Origin: Daphnia carinata
Taxonomy: Eukaryota
NCBI RefSeq assembly: GCF_022539665.2
Contig: NC_081331.1
Span: 10,416,001-10,480,000 of the forward strand
Length of the DNA stretch: 64,000 nt
Direction of reading: 5' to 3'
The notes beneath the pieces are model-generated. The model did not search any database. It had not been told where the DNA came from and worked only from the letters and a program-made list of their open reading frames with translations. This document shows, in pieces, positions 61,184 to 64,000 of this stretch. Every line of letters starts with the position of its first letter. The stretch's first letter is position 1. A program made the translations under genes and the position numbers.

Positions 61184-63530
61184 CTATCGTCTCTCGCTAA
61201 GTCCCTGAGTGCAGTCACCCATGTAGCCGCTGTATCGATCTGTTATACGAGACCAAGGGAAACAAGTCAGATGTTTCGTGCAAAAGTCACGCGTTTGCGT
61301 GTCCTGTTCCAGTTTCTCGTGCAATAACATGGCCTTGGCCATCGAATAGTCCAAGACGAAATGATTCGCGGTGGATAGCATCGCATAATTAAAGAGAGAA
61401 TCAAGAAATCAACTGTATTTTAAGTACAAGAACGGTGCATAAATCGTTCTTACGACGCCGTTTATCAGCAGCGAATGAACGCACTGGCTCCCGTCGCTCG
61501 GCAAAATTGAATTAAACCCGTGAAAGCCGAAGAAGTGAATTGACGTCACGTTGACTGGAAACAGCAGTTCCCCCCCACGCGGCAAAACAACGTTGGGGAA
61601 AAATTCATATTTAGAAACGTATATCCTACGCAAACAGTTTTGAGTATACAAAAATTAAAATAACTCAATTATACACGTCAGCCGTTGCACTTACAACGTT
61701 TTAATTAAATTTTTTAACAGTTAAAAAAAGATGAGATTCCATCGGCTATCGAGGTGTGTGCGATATTTTGACGAGAACACCTACTACGAGGACGATAACG
61801 AACACAAGAACCTGTCACGAAGTATGTTCTGTTAGCATCAATTCCTTTATTCTTTTTAAAATATATTATTTCTAACCAGGAAGGTGATGATTTTGGCGAA
61901 GAAATTGAGGCTACTCTCCTCTCTCGGGAGCTCGTTTCGTTGTTGATACCGATGATTTTGCTTATCGGCTTCCAGATCATTCTCTACCAGCTGAGGAAAA
62001 GCGAGCCGTTGGGTAAGCGATAACTGAACGGCGGATGCTGCGTCGCAATAAGGATCACCGAACATGTCCAGTACGGCAGGGTGGTTCATTTCGTCTCCAG
62101 CAAGGCTCAACAGCAGCGCGTCGTTGATTCCGCCTTCGTTCAGGCACAGCCTCAGGTATGGACTGGTTGTTCCGAAATAATGATCAATTATTTTACATTC
62201 TGCACATATGAAGGTATACTATTCACATAAATGGAAGCTCTGGAATTCGCAGAAAGGCTCGTAGACATAAAGGGAATGTTCGCTATTTCTTTTCTTTGGT
62301 CTTCTGCGTAAATGTTCATTTATAAGTCAAGGATTCCAAATTAAGGGATATCTGCCTTGTATACTGAGCAAATCGCTAGAGGGCGCATGGAAATTGGATC
62401 GTAATTGGATAACGTGAAACTACTCCACATTGCTACTTGTACAACAGAATACGCATTTACAAAAGCGTCGTGGTAAGATCAAAGCCAAAGAAACCCATCC
62501 TTCCATTTCCAGCCTATACAATCCATGTACACCAATTATTCCTGTATGTAGGTCAAGACGATGCTTTACAATGGGATCGGATGACTAGAGTATGCAATCT
62601 TGTTTTAGTCCTGGAGGATTTCTCTTTTACGCCGAAACAGTGTCATCTGACGTTTAGGCGTGGCATTCACGCCTGTCATAGACGTTTTTCATAATTGACG
62701 TGACGGCGCTTTCTGCAGCTATTTGATAAAAACAAGAGCCGGATTTCCGTCTTGCACCCAGGAAAATACTTCCCTGCAGACGTGAATGATCAATGACGTG
62801 TTATGTATCGGGGTTTTGAAATCCCCTCAAGCAGTAACAAAAAAAAAACAATACTAATTATGTGATTGCATACTTTGATAGGCTGAAGTGTGATGCCATC
62901 AGCGACGACGTGGATCCCAAATGTGAATTAGCTGACAGTTGGCGTTCCATGACCTTGTTATTATCGGGTTGGTGCAGATGATCGGAAGTTGAAGACAGCC
63001 AGAGGCTATTAGGAACTTTAGATGGAACGGAAAGAAAAGTCGATCGAGATGAGCTTCTGGACAACATTCCCGAATGAAGATGTGAAGAAGGTTTGTTGGC
63101 TGAGCCGTCCGATCGTGAATCGACGTTCTCTATGCAGGACTCACTACGAACCGAGCCGAAACTGGGATTGCGTGAATGTGAATATCCAAGTTCGTGATCG
63201 GCTAGAAAATGTGATGATTCTTGCGAATCGTAACTGCAGCTGTGTTCGCTGATCATGGACGAGTGTTCGTCGAAACCCCGATCAATGTTGGGCTGCTGAT
63301 AGACATCCTTTTGAACGCAGATCTTGGGTGAAGATGTTTTTTGTTTACGACCGACCGTTGTAATCAGAGTTCCAGTTGAATCGGACCAGCTGGCCGCCGA
63401 ATTGTTAGTCTCTTCCACCTCCATCTGTTGTTCACACTCACTAGGCAACGATCGAATCTTTTGGAAATGTTCTGATCGTGGCCAACCATCCAAGCTGTAA
63501 TCCACAGGCAAAAAATTTCGGTGGTGCCTG
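61184..63530 (-). pseudogene. Unidentified multi-exon gene, probably degraded
   Basis: A Ser-rich 239-aa ORF (62858-63577) ending at a donor, and protein-like ORFs at 61856-62110, 61409-61651 and 61184-61381. The intervening exon-like block 62.2-62.77 kb has stops in all three minus-strand frames. No family recognised. Confidence 0.4.
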
Positions 63531-64000
63531 TAGTAAATAATCACATAAAGATTCTTTTTGTTATCGTGAAACCACACAGCAAATTGGGGTCAAATGGAAA
63601 ATTGATGGTCCCCTCGTGGTTGCCTTGACTTTTTACATTTCCTTTGGAACGTAAAAAGTAGTGCGGATGAGCGCCTTTTTTATTTTTAGAAAATATACGT
63701 CTAGCACAGAGAAGAAAACAAGCAGTTCACGAAACAAAGCCGCTCAGCCATCCTTGGAATTCACTGGGAATCCATCTTGCAGTTTAACAATGATGCAGCC
63801 GAAAGGATGAAAGCTACCCAACAATTAGCTGCTATAATTTGAAAGCGGGGTAAGGAACGCATTTCCATACAAATCAAACATTAAGCCACTTCGCATTGTC
63901 ATTATTATTATTGTGCATGGCACTATTGCTCTCTCTAATCTACGTCTAACACGTATCAGCCATCAGCGTTACCGTCGGCGTTTCTAGTCGCCCTCATCAC

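Overview
Eukaryotic, intron-rich arthropod DNA. The ~60-70 bp introns, long poly-A/T tracts and gene content look like a branchiopod crustacean such as Daphnia (inference). Left to right: a tandem GATA4/5/6 transcription-factor cluster on the minus strand (a GATAe-like gene, a serpent-like gene and possibly the first exon of a third gene); a decayed tRNA-iMet inside the serpent-like intron; an intact tRNA-iMet; FBXW5; a TPD52/D54-family gene; a ~1060-aa LEA group-3-like protein with a predicted signal peptide; a non-coding interval; TPMT; ABHD2 (carrying a frameshift); a Ly6/three-finger GPI-anchored protein; Argonaute-1; MCM3; and a degraded unidentified gene. The main hidden element, invisible in the ORF track, is a ~1.3 kb microRNA polycistron at 36.77-38.07 kb. 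It has seven hairpins assignable to known families (miR-279 x2, miR-9/79/4, miR-2944/11, miR-998/995, miR-309/3, miR-36) plus unassigned hairpins, and lies about 9 kb from AGO1. Other points of note: a 42-nt AGO1 cassette micro-exon in the phospho-loop, three GC-AG introns, an alternative TPD52 first exon, composite GATA sites and CTCF-like motifs at gene boundaries. Exon boundaries were read by hand and family names are from recalled sequences; no searches were run.
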